A stretch of DNA of 27,945 nucleotides from a virus. Lineage: Duplodnaviria > Caudoviricetes. Both the position numbers and the translations under genes were made by a program. This document shows positions 15,699 to 24,219 of the stretch, one piece after another. Numbering within the stretch: position 1 is the stretch's first letter; every line of letters starts with the position of its first letter. The notes beneath the pieces were generated by a model, which did no database searches, was not told the origin of the DNA, and saw only the letters and a program-made list of their open reading frames with translations. The stretch lies in the IMG/VR virus record IMGVR_UViG_3300032216_001825, positions 1 to 27,945 of that record. One strand, given 5' to 3'.

Positions 15699-15922
15699 TC
15701 GAAGATGCCAAGGAAACGAACGACGTGGTCTGCACCGCCTACAGGATGGGCTGCGAACAGACTCGCGAGGTCTACCAGAAGCGCATCGAGAAGCTAGAGG
15801 CGGCGCTGCGGCGGTGCGACGAACTGTTTTCCGACATACGGAACGATTGGTCAGACCCTCGCTCCGAATGCCGTGAAGGATGGAGTGTCATCAAAAAAGC
15901 ACTGGAGGGAAAAGATGAGTGA
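15695..15922 (+). CDS. Hypothetical protein (75 aa)
   Basis: ATGA coupling; RIEKLEAALR...ALEGK motif shared with the next gene. Confidence 0.7.
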   Translation: MIEDAKETNDVVCTAYRMGCEQTREVYQKRIEKLEAALRRCDELFSDIRNDWSDPRSECREGWSVIKKALEGKDE

Positions 15923-16169
15923 TCTTGTGAAGCGGCTGCGCGGTTATCCGGGCAAGCGTGGCATGGAAAAGCCCTTTCATATGACGATGGATGAAGCCGC
16001 CGACCGCATCGAAATGCTGGAGCGCCACATTGAGAAGCTGGAAACCGCGCTGCGGGAGGTCCTAAGCCTTGGCGAGTGGGGAGCTAACCCATTGGCCAGA
16101 ACTGTCATTTTTGAGGCTTTAGAGACAACATGTAAGCCCTCAAAAATACCGGAGAACAATGATGAGTAA
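15915..16169 (+). CDS. Hypothetical protein, MSDLVKRLR...EAADRIE type (84 aa)
   Basis: GGAGG SD; motif common in small phage accessory proteins. Confidence 0.75.
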   Translation: MSDLVKRLRGYPGKRGMEKPFHMTMDEAADRIEMLERHIEKLETALREVLSLGEWGANPLARTVIFEALETTCKPSKIPENNDE

Positions 16170-16422
16170 CAAGACCATCGACATCGACCGCCACGTCCCC
16201 TTGCCCAAGGGCGAAACCCGCAACATCCCCCTGTACCCTTGGCTCACCATGAAGGTGGGCGACAGCTTCGTGGTCGTCGGGAAGATCTCGGCGTCAGCCG
16301 CACGGGGGAGCTTCCGCCGGTATCAGAAGCTGGGACAGATTCCCAAGAACTTAAAGGCCATTCAACGGACCATGGACGATGAGGGGCCGGGCCATGTGCG
16401 CCTGTGGCTCGTGGAGAAATGA
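16159..16422 (+). CDS. Small putative DNA-binding phage protein (87 aa)
   Basis: IDRHVPLP...YPWLTMKVGDSF...VRLW motif; GGAG SD. Confidence 0.75.
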   Translation: MMSNKTIDIDRHVPLPKGETRNIPLYPWLTMKVGDSFVVVGKISASAARGSFRRYQKLGQIPKNLKAIQRTMDDEGPGHVRLWLVEK

Positions 16423-16425
16423 GCC

Positions 16426-16893
16426 ATGAGTATAGAGTCAAGCGTAGACCCATCCGTCGATTGGCTGGCCCACGCCACAGAAAGGAAACGAAAACTAAAC
16501 GCCCAGATCCAACAGGCATCGATCCTCCTAGAGAAGAACAAGAGGATGCCGCTGCCGCCCCCGGTGGAGATCCCTCTGCCCCCGGACCCCGAGCCGACGC
16601 CTAAGCCTGCGCCCTCGGTGTTCACCCAACTGATCGAATATGTCCCGGTCTGGAGGGTCATCCAGTTAGAGGTCTGCGCCAACCACGGCGTGTCCCTGAA
16701 GGATGTTCTTTCGGACATCCGAACAAAGCAGTTCATCATTCCGAGGCAAGAGATCTACTATCGCATGCGTCATGAAGCGAAGATGTCTCTGTTGCACATC
16801 GGGATGCGGATGAGACGAGACCATACATCGGTGATGAATGGGATCCAACGCCACACTAAACGTCTCGAAAAGGAAGCCGAACATGTATCATAA
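16426..16893 (+). CDS. Stand-alone DnaA C-terminal (domain IV-like) HTH protein
   Basis: VCANHGVSLKDVLSDIRTKQFIIPRQEIYY...SLLHIG...RDHTSVMNG matches the DnaA domain IV signature (RQ...SL..IG...RDHTTV); no AAA+ domain. Confidence 0.88.
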   Translation: MSIESSVDPSVDWLAHATERKRKLNAQIQQASILLEKNKRMPLPPPVEIPLPPDPEPTPKPAPSVFTQLIEYVPVWRVIQLEVCANHGVSLKDVLSDIRTKQFIIPRQEIYYRMRHEAKMSLLHIGMRMRRDHTSVMNGIQRHTKRLEKEAEHVS

Positions 16894-17194
16894 AGATGTC
16901 CTGAACACCTGCCTCAACACCTTGAACGAGCGCGCCCATTCCTACGGGAATGAGGACGACATGTTCGAGACGACGGCACAGATCGCGTCCCTCCTTCTGG
17001 GCAGGGTGTTCACCAAGTACGAGATCTCGGTGGTCATGGAGTCCATCAAGCTGGCCCGTCGCCGCTACGATCCTCTGCACGAAGACAGCTACATTGATCA
17101 GATCAACTACGCTGCGTTCTCGGCACAGTTTGCGAAGAGCGCCTTCGAAAAAGGGCATTTTGCCTACCCCGATACCCCGGCTCAACAGCCCTAA
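16883..17194 (+). CDS. DUF6378-like protein (103 aa)
   Basis: AAGGA SD; ERAHSYG...F...AQIAS...M..IKLAR...HEDSYIDQINYAA. Confidence 0.8.
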   Translation: MYHKDVLNTCLNTLNERAHSYGNEDDMFETTAQIASLLLGRVFTKYEISVVMESIKLARRRYDPLHEDSYIDQINYAAFSAQFAKSAFEKGHFAYPDTPAQQP

Positions 17195-17212
17195 CTAAAA
17201 CTGGAGGGTGAG

Positions 17213-17542
17213 ATGCATGAGGCAGACAGTATCTGTACCGTTGTTAGTGCATCTCCCTTCCAGTGTAGGTGGGTCACTGACATGGTCACCGAGTCCGGTC
17301 TCCGGATCCTTTGTGGTCAACCCTGCCCCGGCACGGCAAGACCATGGTGCGCGGACCACTATTCCCTTGTCTACGTCAAGAAAGGACCGAAGAATGATCA
17401 CTCTGATACCGACGTTTCTGGTACCCGACATCACCATCAAAGGCCACGGCATAGAGTTCATCGGGACGGTCGAAGTGTTCCATACACACAACTCATACAT
17501 CATAGTCAGAAGTTTTGTGGGGGACATGACCAAGACAATTAG
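17213..17542 (+). CDS. GcrA C-terminal-domain-like protein
   Basis: GGAGG SD; CRW...LCGQP...PWCADH..LVY matches the GcrA C-terminal CRWP...FCG...PYC..H..AY pattern; no N-terminal HTH. Confidence 0.75.
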   Translation: MHEADSICTVVSASPFQCRWVTDMVTESGLRILCGQPCPGTARPWCADHYSLVYVKKGPKNDHSDTDVSGTRHHHQRPRHRVHRDGRSVPYTQLIHHSQKFCGGHDQDN

Positions 17543-17708
17543 CGCCCACCCAACCCCTGTCCAAGGGCGGTGGGAAAAGGGGCCGGTGTTCAACAAACTG
17601 AAGCGTTTGTCCTTTAGCCATAAAGAGTTCTTGGAAAAGGCCAAGAGCATGATCAGGTGGGGTGAGGACCCCTTGCAAGGAGAAGATGATGCGCCTCTCA
17701 ATCGATAG
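17394..17708 (+). CDS. Hypothetical protein (104 aa)
   Basis: AGAAAGGA SD before ATG 17394; overlaps the tail of the GcrA-like ORF by 149 nt. Confidence 0.6.
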   Translation: MITLIPTFLVPDITIKGHGIEFIGTVEVFHTHNSYIIVRSFVGDMTKTISAHPTPVQGRWEKGPVFNKLKRLSFSHKEFLEKAKSMIRWGEDPLQGEDDAPLNR

Positions 17709-17982
17709 CCTGCTGTCTGACATCGAAGAGTACTTCGTTGACAATTCGGACCCCCACTCTTACCGCTACAAGCGCCTCGACCCCCGTGGTCTGCTTGGCC
17801 GCGCCTATACCCTGATCGCCGAGCTGGACGAGAAGGTGGCAAACCCTTTGGACGATGAGGAGGAATATGACGAAGAGGAATATGACGAAGAGGAATATAA
17901 CGAAGAGGAAGAGGGGGAGGATTACGAGGAGGAAGAAGACGAGGACGAAGAGGCCGTTGACAATGTTGACGACGTGAAGTAA
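17686..17982 (+). CDS. Protein with long Asp/Glu-rich tail (98 aa)
   Basis: AAGGAG SD; C-terminus DDEEEYDEEEYDEEEYNEEEEGEDYEEEEDEDEE. Confidence 0.8.
   Translation: MMRLSIDSLLSDIEEYFVDNSDPHSYRYKRLDPRGLLGRAYTLIAELDEKVANPLDDEEEYDEEEYDEEEYNEEEEGEDYEEEEDEDEEAVDNVDDVK
17860..17910 (+). repeat. 15-bp tandem repeat x3.4 (EEYDE)
   Basis: GAGGAATATGACGAA x2, GAGGAATATAACGAA, GAGGAA. Confidence 0.9.
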
Positions 17983-18017
17983 TCGTCAATAAAGTAACCG
18001 ACAACGGAACCCGTGGA

Positions 18018-18326
18018 ATGGAAGAGACCAGCGCCTACATCCTTGATATCAAAAGGATTTTCAAACTGTCCACGCAACTGGCCTCGGTCCTCGAGCTTTT
18101 GCTCACCAAGGACATGGTCAGGCCAGACGATTTGAGACCGCTGTTCTCAACCTTCCACGGGGAACGCCGCCACCACAACACCGACCGCATGATGGTGTAT
18201 CGCCTGCGGACTAGACTTGCCAAGGTCAAGGTGTGTGTCTTCAGCCAGTACGGCGAAGGGTACTTTCTGAAGGCCGCAGACAAGGCCTACCTCAGGGGAA
18301 TCTTGATGGGGGTTGTTGATGTCTGA
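18018..18326 (+). CDS. Stand-alone OmpR/PhoB(CtrA)-type winged-helix protein
   Basis: LSTQLASVLELLL...V...DL...MVYRLRTRL...VFSQYGEGYFL resembles Trans_reg_C; no receiver domain. Confidence 0.72.
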   Translation: MEETSAYILDIKRIFKLSTQLASVLELLLTKDMVRPDDLRPLFSTFHGERRHHNTDRMMVYRLRTRLAKVKVCVFSQYGEGYFLKAADKAYLRGILMGVVDV

Positions 18327-18906
18327 CAGGAAGACATACCTATACCGAGTATTTGATGTCGACAAGAACCTCATCTACGTCGGGATATCTCTCAGCTTTT
18401 TTTCACGCCTGCAACAACACAAGAAGAACTCTGTCTGGTTCGACAAGATGTCCTCGGTCACGCTGACCCAGTACACAACCCGAGAAGAGGCCATCTTCGC
18501 CGAGGCGACCGCCATCAACACCGAGAACCCGCAGATGAACATCATGCGGCCACGGTCCAAGGAACTAGAGCTAGCGCAGAAGGTCCTAGCTGACAGAAGC
18601 AGGAACGACAGGAAGGTGTGGGCTCACCCCGACGCCTCAAGGGATTACCTCTTCGAAAAGGTTGTGCGGTTCGAGATCCTCTACTCCCCATCGGAAGCCG
18701 CGAACGTCCTGAACCTGACCCGAAAGATGCTGGACAGCCTCATAGAGAACAATACTCTGGGGCACATCGTCCTCCCGGCCAAGCCCGGCAAGAACGCCTA
18801 CGGGCAACCCCACAAGCCGAAGACCATGGTCAGTGGTTGGCAGATCATTGACTATCTCGAGGGCTTGCACACCCCCCAAACCATGGACAGAAGGAAGTCG
18901 AGATGA
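18319..18906 (+). CDS. GIY-YIG nuclease fused to excisionase/MerR-like HTH (195 aa)
   Basis: YLYRVFD...LIYVGIS...RLQQH...EA..AEATAI..ENP.MN; C-terminal LYSPSEAANVLNLTRKMLDSLI. Confidence 0.85.
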   Translation: MSDRKTYLYRVFDVDKNLIYVGISLSFFSRLQQHKKNSVWFDKMSSVTLTQYTTREEAIFAEATAINTENPQMNIMRPRSKELELAQKVLADRSRNDRKVWAHPDASRDYLFEKVVRFEILYSPSEAANVLNLTRKMLDSLIENNTLGHIVLPAKPGKNAYGQPHKPKTMVSGWQIIDYLEGLHTPQTMDRRKSR

Positions 18907-19130
18907 GCAAGGACGACGACATCATAGAACTCGTCGAGGACGAGTTGCCGATCTTTGACGACCCGGTTTCCCAGCGCGCCTACGCCTTCGTTCATCTGGC
19001 CCAGTTCGCTGAGTCCTCGAAGGACGACACGGCTAGGGATCTGACCTACACCATGATGCGCAAGGTCTGCGCCTCCATCAAGACCACCTCGACGGCTGAC
19101 CTGAAGGTCATCGATGGTGGGAAGTCCTAG
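18903..19130 (+). CDS. Hypothetical protein (75 aa)
   Basis: ATGA coupling; ends LKVIDGGKS; last gene before convergent polA. Confidence 0.75.
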   Translation: MSKDDDIIELVEDELPIFDDPVSQRAYAFVHLAQFAESSKDDTARDLTYTMMRKVCASIKTTSTADLKVIDGGKS

Positions 19131-21010
19131 TCGAAGGCTTCGTCTAGGCCCTTCGTTGCTTCACCCCACGAGGGGCCTAGCTCCGCATCCACCACTGTGG
19201 GAACCAGAAGATCGACGCCGCTCTGCATGATCTCCATGATCCGTTGGCCGTGTTCCTTGCTCTCAACGGACATGGCCAACTCATCATGGATCTGGATCAT
19301 CGGCAGGATGCCAGCCTCGTAGAGGTCCACCATCGCCATCTTCGTCTGGTCCGCAGCAGACCCTTGGATCAACCGGTTCAGCGCCTTGTAGGTGTACGCC
19401 CGCTTCAGCATGGTGGTGTCGCCATAGGTCTGGCGCGCCTCCTCCTTGGGCAGACCCTTGTGGACCCCGAAGGTGGTGGGCTCCCACAGATCGAACCGGC
19501 AGCGGCGCCCCAGCAAGGTACGGATGACGCCTCGGTGGTCCGCCGTCTTCGACACCCGGGTGGTCAGGTCGCGGACGAAGGGGACCTTGTCGTGGTACGT
19601 CTTGAACAGTTCCTTGGCGGCATCGATGTCGAGGCCGAGCTGCTCGCCCAGCTTGTTCACCCCCATGCCGTAGAACAGACCGAGGTTGATGGTCTTGGCC
19701 TGCTTGCGGGGGACGCCCACGATGTCAGCGGCAAGCTGGTGGAAGTCCGTGCGGGGGTCATCCCGATACGCCTTCACGAAGCTATCTGCCCCGCCCAGCG
19801 ACAGGATCTGGGAGTAGTGGACCACGATCCGAGGTTCTTGGGACGAGTAGTCGAAGCTGCCCCACTGGCACCCCTCCTCCGGGAGGAACAGGCCACGGAT
19901 CAGGGGGCTGATCTCGCCGTCGCGCGCAGGAATCTGCTGGAGGTTGGGGTTCGAATAGCTGAAGCGCCCGGTCACCGTGCCGCCGTCATCGGACCGAAGC
20001 TGGTGGATGTCGGCATGGATGCGCCCGTTGATCGTATGCTTAGTGATCGAATCAATGAACGTCGTGCGGGCCTTGTTCAGTTCGCGCGCCTTCACGATGG
20101 CCTTGGCAATCGGGTGCGAATGGGTGGCCAAATAGTTCTTGGTGAAGGACGGGGCCTCGGTCTTGGCGGTGCGAGGGTAGGTCAGGCTCAGGGCGTCGAA
20201 AACCTTGGCCACGGACGCCGCCGCCCAGACGTTGACGTCCACGCCAGACTCATCCCGGATCCGCTCAAGGAGGCTGACCTCCTGTAGGTGCAGCTTCTTC
20301 TTGACCTGTTCCGCCTTGTCGAGATCGACACGCACCCCACGGGCGCGCATGGCGAGGCAGACCTTGAGGACGCGCATCTCCAGATTGAAGATTGCGGACA
20401 GCTCCTCAGAGACGATCAGATTCCGGAGGTGGATCCACAGGCGCAGGGTGAGGGCGGCATCCTGTTCAGCATAGCGGCCGACGAAGTGGGCGGGCAGCTT
20501 GTGCATCTCGGCCTTGGGGTCGAGGCCCATCTCCTTCGCTGCCTCACGCAGGGCGCGCTCGTCCTTGCGCTCCTTGAGGTAGTCGAAGCCAAGGTTGTTG
20601 AGCGAGTAGCTGAACCTGTTCTCGTCGAGCAAGGGGGCAGCTATCATCGTGTCGGCGATGGTCCCCGCTATCTCGACGCCCTCGGCGCGCATCCAGCCCA
20701 CGTCATACATGGCGTTGTGGAAGACGTAGGTGCAGTCGGGGTTCGAGCAGACATCGGACAGCCAGCGCAGGGCCATGCGCGCATCGAGGTTGCCGCCGTT
20801 TGCATGGCGGATGGGGAAGTACCACGACTCTCCCTCCACGGCGACGGCTATGCCAATGATGTGGCCTCTGCCTGTTGCCCATCCCGCCCCTGTTTCTTTC
20901 AGGCCGGGGTCGTAGGTTTCAAGATCTATCGCGATAAGTCGGGCGTCTGACAAATCCGGGAAGCTGTCCGGCATCACCCATTCGGTCTCGTGCGTGTACT
21001 GGAACGTCAT
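19127..21010 (-). CDS. polA: Family A DNA polymerase with 3'-5' exonuclease (Leu762 type)
   Basis: Exo I IDLET, Exo II FHNAMYD, Exo III YAEQD; TGRFS..PNLQQIP; motif A DYSSQEPR; motif B RKQAKTINLGLFYG; motif C IHDEL. Confidence 0.98.
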   Translation of the reverse strand: MTFQYTHETEWVMPDSFPDLSDARLIAIDLETYDPGLKETGAGWATGRGHIIGIAVAVEGESWYFPIRHANGGNLDARMALRWLSDVCSNPDCTYVFHNAMYDVGWMRAEGVEIAGTIADTMIAAPLLDENRFSYSLNNLGFDYLKERKDERALREAAKEMGLDPKAEMHKLPAHFVGRYAEQDAALTLRLWIHLRNLIVSEELSAIFNLEMRVLKVCLAMRARGVRVDLDKAEQVKKKLHLQEVSLLERIRDESGVDVNVWAAASVAKVFDALSLTYPRTAKTEAPSFTKNYLATHSHPIAKAIVKARELNKARTTFIDSITKHTINGRIHADIHQLRSDDGGTVTGRFSYSNPNLQQIPARDGEISPLIRGLFLPEEGCQWGSFDYSSQEPRIVVHYSQILSLGGADSFVKAYRDDPRTDFHQLAADIVGVPRKQAKTINLGLFYGMGVNKLGEQLGLDIDAAKELFKTYHDKVPFVRDLTTRVSKTADHRGVIRTLLGRRCRFDLWEPTTFGVHKGLPKEEARQTYGDTTMLKRAYTYKALNRLIQGSAADQTKMAMVDLYEAGILPMIQIHDELAMSVESKEHGQRIMEIMQSGVDLLVPTVVDAELGPSWGEATKGLDEAFD

Positions 21011-21137
21011 TGCTCACCTTCATGGATTGTCGGCAGGAACAGAACGGCCATGCGTTCCTCACTTTACGCAGTGTCGTAACAGAATCATCCTTGCCACAGG
21101 CGCAGACTGCATATACCTCACGGTCCGGATTGCTCAT
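20919..21137 (-). CDS. Small Cys-containing (possible Zn-ribbon) protein (72 aa)
   Basis: ATGA overlap with UvrD stop; CAC...WPFCSC; fills the helicase-polymerase gap, tail overlaps polA by 92 nt. Confidence 0.6.
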   Translation of the reverse strand: MSNPDREVYAVCACGKDDSVTTLRKVRNAWPFCSCRQSMKVSNDVPVHARDRMGDAGQLPGFVRRPTYRDRS

Positions 21138-22645
21138 ATTAAAGGGAAGCCCCTAGAGTTCATCGGATGGATCAAGTGGAGTTCTTTCTTTGCGCGTGTC
21201 AGGCCAACATAGAATACACGTTTCTCATCATCTAGTTCAGTCCTAGTTGCATTGCCACCGGTGATCCGCTGTGGGCAATCTGTCAGAAGCAAGACGTTAG
21301 TTGCCTCGGCCCCCTTCGCAGAATGGATGGTCGAGATCCGGATGCGTGGTTCCTTGGTGAGGTCTTCGCCTCGGCGCATGCAAGCCTTGTAGTAGATCAC
21401 CTCGTTCTCGGGGATCGCAGCAAGGGCCTCGGTCCACGGTTCGTCCGTGACCAACCCATGGTCCATCTTCAACGCCTCGATGTTCAACATCATGTCCTCA
21501 GGCACATCGGGCAGGGTCTTATGCCCACGCAGGACACCCTTGTTGAGGACCATGTACTTGTAGACAAACCGCACGTCCTTTGCAGCGATGCTTTCCCCGC
21601 GCCTCAGGGCCTCCCATAGCTGAATCGCAGCCACACACTGGTGGTTCATGTCCTTGGACAAACTAAACGAGTACAGCAGGCCTCTCTGCCTCACCTCGGC
21701 CTCAAGCCGTTTGGCATCCCTACGGGTGCGGGCAAGCAGCAACCAGTCCTCGTTGTCGAGGTTGACCTCTTCGCTATGCCGGTGGCGGAAGATCGAGCCG
21801 CTCTCCGGGCGCGGGAGGAACTCCTTCTTCCTGCGGTTGTGGATGCCTTGGATCAACCGCTGGCTCATGCTGTGGTGCAAGGCAGGAATGCGGTAGCTCT
21901 GGCCGAGGACCTCGCTCGTCGTGTTGAGGCGGATGAAGTACTCGACATCGGCCCCGGCCCACCGGTAGATGGCCTGATCATCATCGCCCGCCAGCACCAT
22001 CTCCTTGCTGCGCGCCGCTATCTGGTGGACCATGGCCCACTGTATCGGGGACAGGTCTTGCACCTCATCGATGAACACGACATCAAACTGGGGGGACAGC
22101 TCACGGGCAAGGAAGATCTCAAGCATGTCGGTGAAGTCGTAGAGGTTGTGCGCCTTCTTGAAGGCCCGTAGGCCACGGTCCACGTACTCGACCTTCGAGA
22201 AGTTTGTCGTCAGGGAGACGGGCGACTTGTTGTAGACCACACGCAGCGGCAGCATGCAGATGCGGGCCATGTTGATGATCTCAAGGAACCGGTCACCCAT
22301 CCCGTATTCTTGATACGGGCCATCCTCCATCGGGCGCGTCTCAACAAACGAACCTATGTGCAGCCAGTCGGCGCACTCTTGGTAGTGAGAAAGGTTCATC
22401 ACGTCCTTGCGGTCGATCCCTGCCCGGTGCATGGCAAGGCTATGCAGGGTGCGAAAGTAGGGGAGGTCCTTGTAAGACAGGTGGAACCTCTTGACGGCGC
22501 GGGTGATCGCCTCCTCCGCAGCGCGCTTGGTGAAGGAGAAATACCCGATCCTATCGGGAGGAACGCCACGGTCCATGGCCTGTTCGACCATGGTGAGGAG
22601 GCGGGTGGTCTTGCCGGTTCCCGGAGGGCCAAGGATGATGTGCAT
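21134..22645 (-). CDS. UvrD/Rep-family SF1 helicase
   Basis: GPPGTGKT, SFTKRAA, TLHS, IDEVQD, GDDDQAIY, QSYR, STIHSAKGAE, YVGLTRAK. Confidence 0.96.
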   Translation of the reverse strand: MHIILGPPGTGKTTRLLTMVEQAMDRGVPPDRIGYFSFTKRAAEEAITRAVKRFHLSYKDLPYFRTLHSLAMHRAGIDRKDVMNLSHYQECADWLHIGSFVETRPMEDGPYQEYGMGDRFLEIINMARICMLPLRVVYNKSPVSLTTNFSKVEYVDRGLRAFKKAHNLYDFTDMLEIFLARELSPQFDVVFIDEVQDLSPIQWAMVHQIAARSKEMVLAGDDDQAIYRWAGADVEYFIRLNTTSEVLGQSYRIPALHHSMSQRLIQGIHNRRKKEFLPRPESGSIFRHRHSEEVNLDNEDWLLLARTRRDAKRLEAEVRQRGLLYSFSLSKDMNHQCVAAIQLWEALRRGESIAAKDVRFVYKYMVLNKGVLRGHKTLPDVPEDMMLNIEALKMDHGLVTDEPWTEALAAIPENEVIYYKACMRRGEDLTKEPRIRISTIHSAKGAEATNVLLLTDCPQRITGGNATRTELDDEKRVFYVGLTRAKKELHLIHPMNSRGFPLI

Positions 22646-24168
22646 CAGAACGGATCCACAATGTTGAGGGCCGGGAGATCAAGCTTGATGTCCTCGACGC
22701 CTTGGAAGTAGGACTGTGGGAGGAACCACAGGTGGGCAGTCTTGCCCTTGATCCGCCAGTCAACCTTCTCTGCCTTGAGTTCTTTAAGGCGCAGGCCCAA
22801 CTGGACATTGTTGTACTTGATGAAGGCGTTGGCCTTGAGGTGTTTCTGTAGATCGCGCAGTTGGAAGTAGACGTGTTCGTCCACCCATACCGCAATGCCT
22901 TGCAGGATCTCTTCGCGCTCGACGCCACGCGCACGGTCGCAGCAAAAGGACATGAGGAGTTCTTCGAACTCACCTCTGGCGGTGGCCTCGGGGGGGACCT
23001 CGATGATGGTGAGCGAGGCAAGCAGCGTCTGCATGCGCGCGGACCACGCTTTCTCACTCATGGTCTTGGGATACAGGTTGATCTGGTTCAAGCAGTCCTT
23101 CTGGAATTGTTTCTGCATGACAAGGCTTTCTGTCGCCAACTCCACGCGCTTGCCATCCACGTCCATGATCCAGACGGGCGGGTCACCATTGATCTTGGTC
23201 AGTGAGCCGAGGTCATTGGACTTCTGCCCGGGGCCGATCCCGAACTTGCGCCCAATGCAGACCTCCTTGTTGCAGTAACTGGCGATGGGCTGGTCGTCGC
23301 ACTTGTAGAAGTATTCCTTCTTCCCAAGCTGGGAGATGATGATCTCCACCTCTTTATCGAAGAGCGGAGGGATCATCATTGTCTGATTGTAGTGACGGAC
23401 ACGCTCCTCCCATTTGTCGGGTGAAGCCATACGCGCATAGACACCGAGGTTGAAGAGCGCATTGTTGCGACCACCTTCACCGAAGCCCTGTGCTGCCAGT
23501 TGCTGGAGGCATGGTGGTCCCTTTGGAAGAACCTCCTCGGCCTTCTTAGGTGCCGTCTCATAATCGAGAAAAGTATCTGGTGATACCGCCCGAGATTCGG
23601 CAAATAGGATGAACTCTTCTGGTCCAAGGCTTTCTCCCTTGTCGTTGTATCCGTATCGCGTGGTCCGTGTGCCAGCGAAGTAGGGCATGTTGAGGAAGTT
23701 GCCCGTGTCGCCACGGTCAACAAGGATCTCTTGCTGTTTGGGGAATACCTCTGACCCAGCATAGCCAAGGAGCGCGGCCATCGAGACAAGCTTCGGTTGC
23801 AGATCCGCCGCAGGCAGCTCTTCGGTAAAGAAGAAATACAGGTGAGCGCCACCTGACTTGGACCGGCACACGACCCCCGGCAACAGGTGCTTCTCGACTT
23901 GTCGTATCAGGGCCGAATGGTCCAGATTGTAGACGTCGATATCGATGGCCCCCCAATGACACTTGTTGTTGTCCTTGATAGGGATGATGCCGAGCCCTGT
24001 GCCACCGGCCAGATGCTCAGTCCAATGGTTCATGGTCGGCGGATCACGGAGGATGCGCGCCTGCCCTTGTTTCTTCCCATCGCGTTGGCGGTCGTTCTGA
24101 ACATTGAATGTTCCGTGCGCCCGTCCATTGCCCGTGAACAGCGTAAAGTATCTTTGAGCAAGGTCCAT
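22645..24168 (-). CDS. AEP-superfamily primase with PriCT-like domain
   Basis: GAIDID (DxD), RSKSGGAH, GNFLNMPY, PPCL, EGGRNNALF; Cys cluster YKC...YC...C; no Walker A motif. Confidence 0.85.
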   Translation of the reverse strand: MDLAQRYFTLFTGNGRAHGTFNVQNDRQRDGKKQGQARILRDPPTMNHWTEHLAGGTGLGIIPIKDNNKCHWGAIDIDVYNLDHSALIRQVEKHLLPGVVCRSKSGGAHLYFFFTEELPAADLQPKLVSMAALLGYAGSEVFPKQQEILVDRGDTGNFLNMPYFAGTRTTRYGYNDKGESLGPEEFILFAESRAVSPDTFLDYETAPKKAEEVLPKGPPCLQQLAAQGFGEGGRNNALFNLGVYARMASPDKWEERVRHYNQTMMIPPLFDKEVEIIISQLGKKEYFYKCDDQPIASYCNKEVCIGRKFGIGPGQKSNDLGSLTKINGDPPVWIMDVDGKRVELATESLVMQKQFQKDCLNQINLYPKTMSEKAWSARMQTLLASLTIIEVPPEATARGEFEELLMSFCCDRARGVEREEILQGIAVWVDEHVYFQLRDLQKHLKANAFIKYNNVQLGLRLKELKAEKVDWRIKGKTAHLWFLPQSYFQGVEDIKLDLPALNIVDPF

Positions 24169-24180
24169 TCTACGGCCTCA

Positions 24181-24210
24181 ATTAAAAGGGGGACCAACCT
24201 GTGGTCCCCC
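24181..24210 (-). terminator. Weak intrinsic terminator/attenuator between SSB-like gene and primase
   Basis: Minus strand GGGGGACCA-caggt-TGGTCCCCC-TTTTAAT. Confidence 0.75.
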
Positions 24211-24219
24211 GGTATGCCA

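Noticed and set aside
17195-18004. 269-aa minus-strand ORF
   Set aside because: Antisense to three supported plus-strand genes; its LRHIP repeats mirror the EEYDE repeat.
19244-20950. Long plus-strand ORFs (347 aa, 220 aa)
   Set aside because: Antisense shadows of GC-rich polA.
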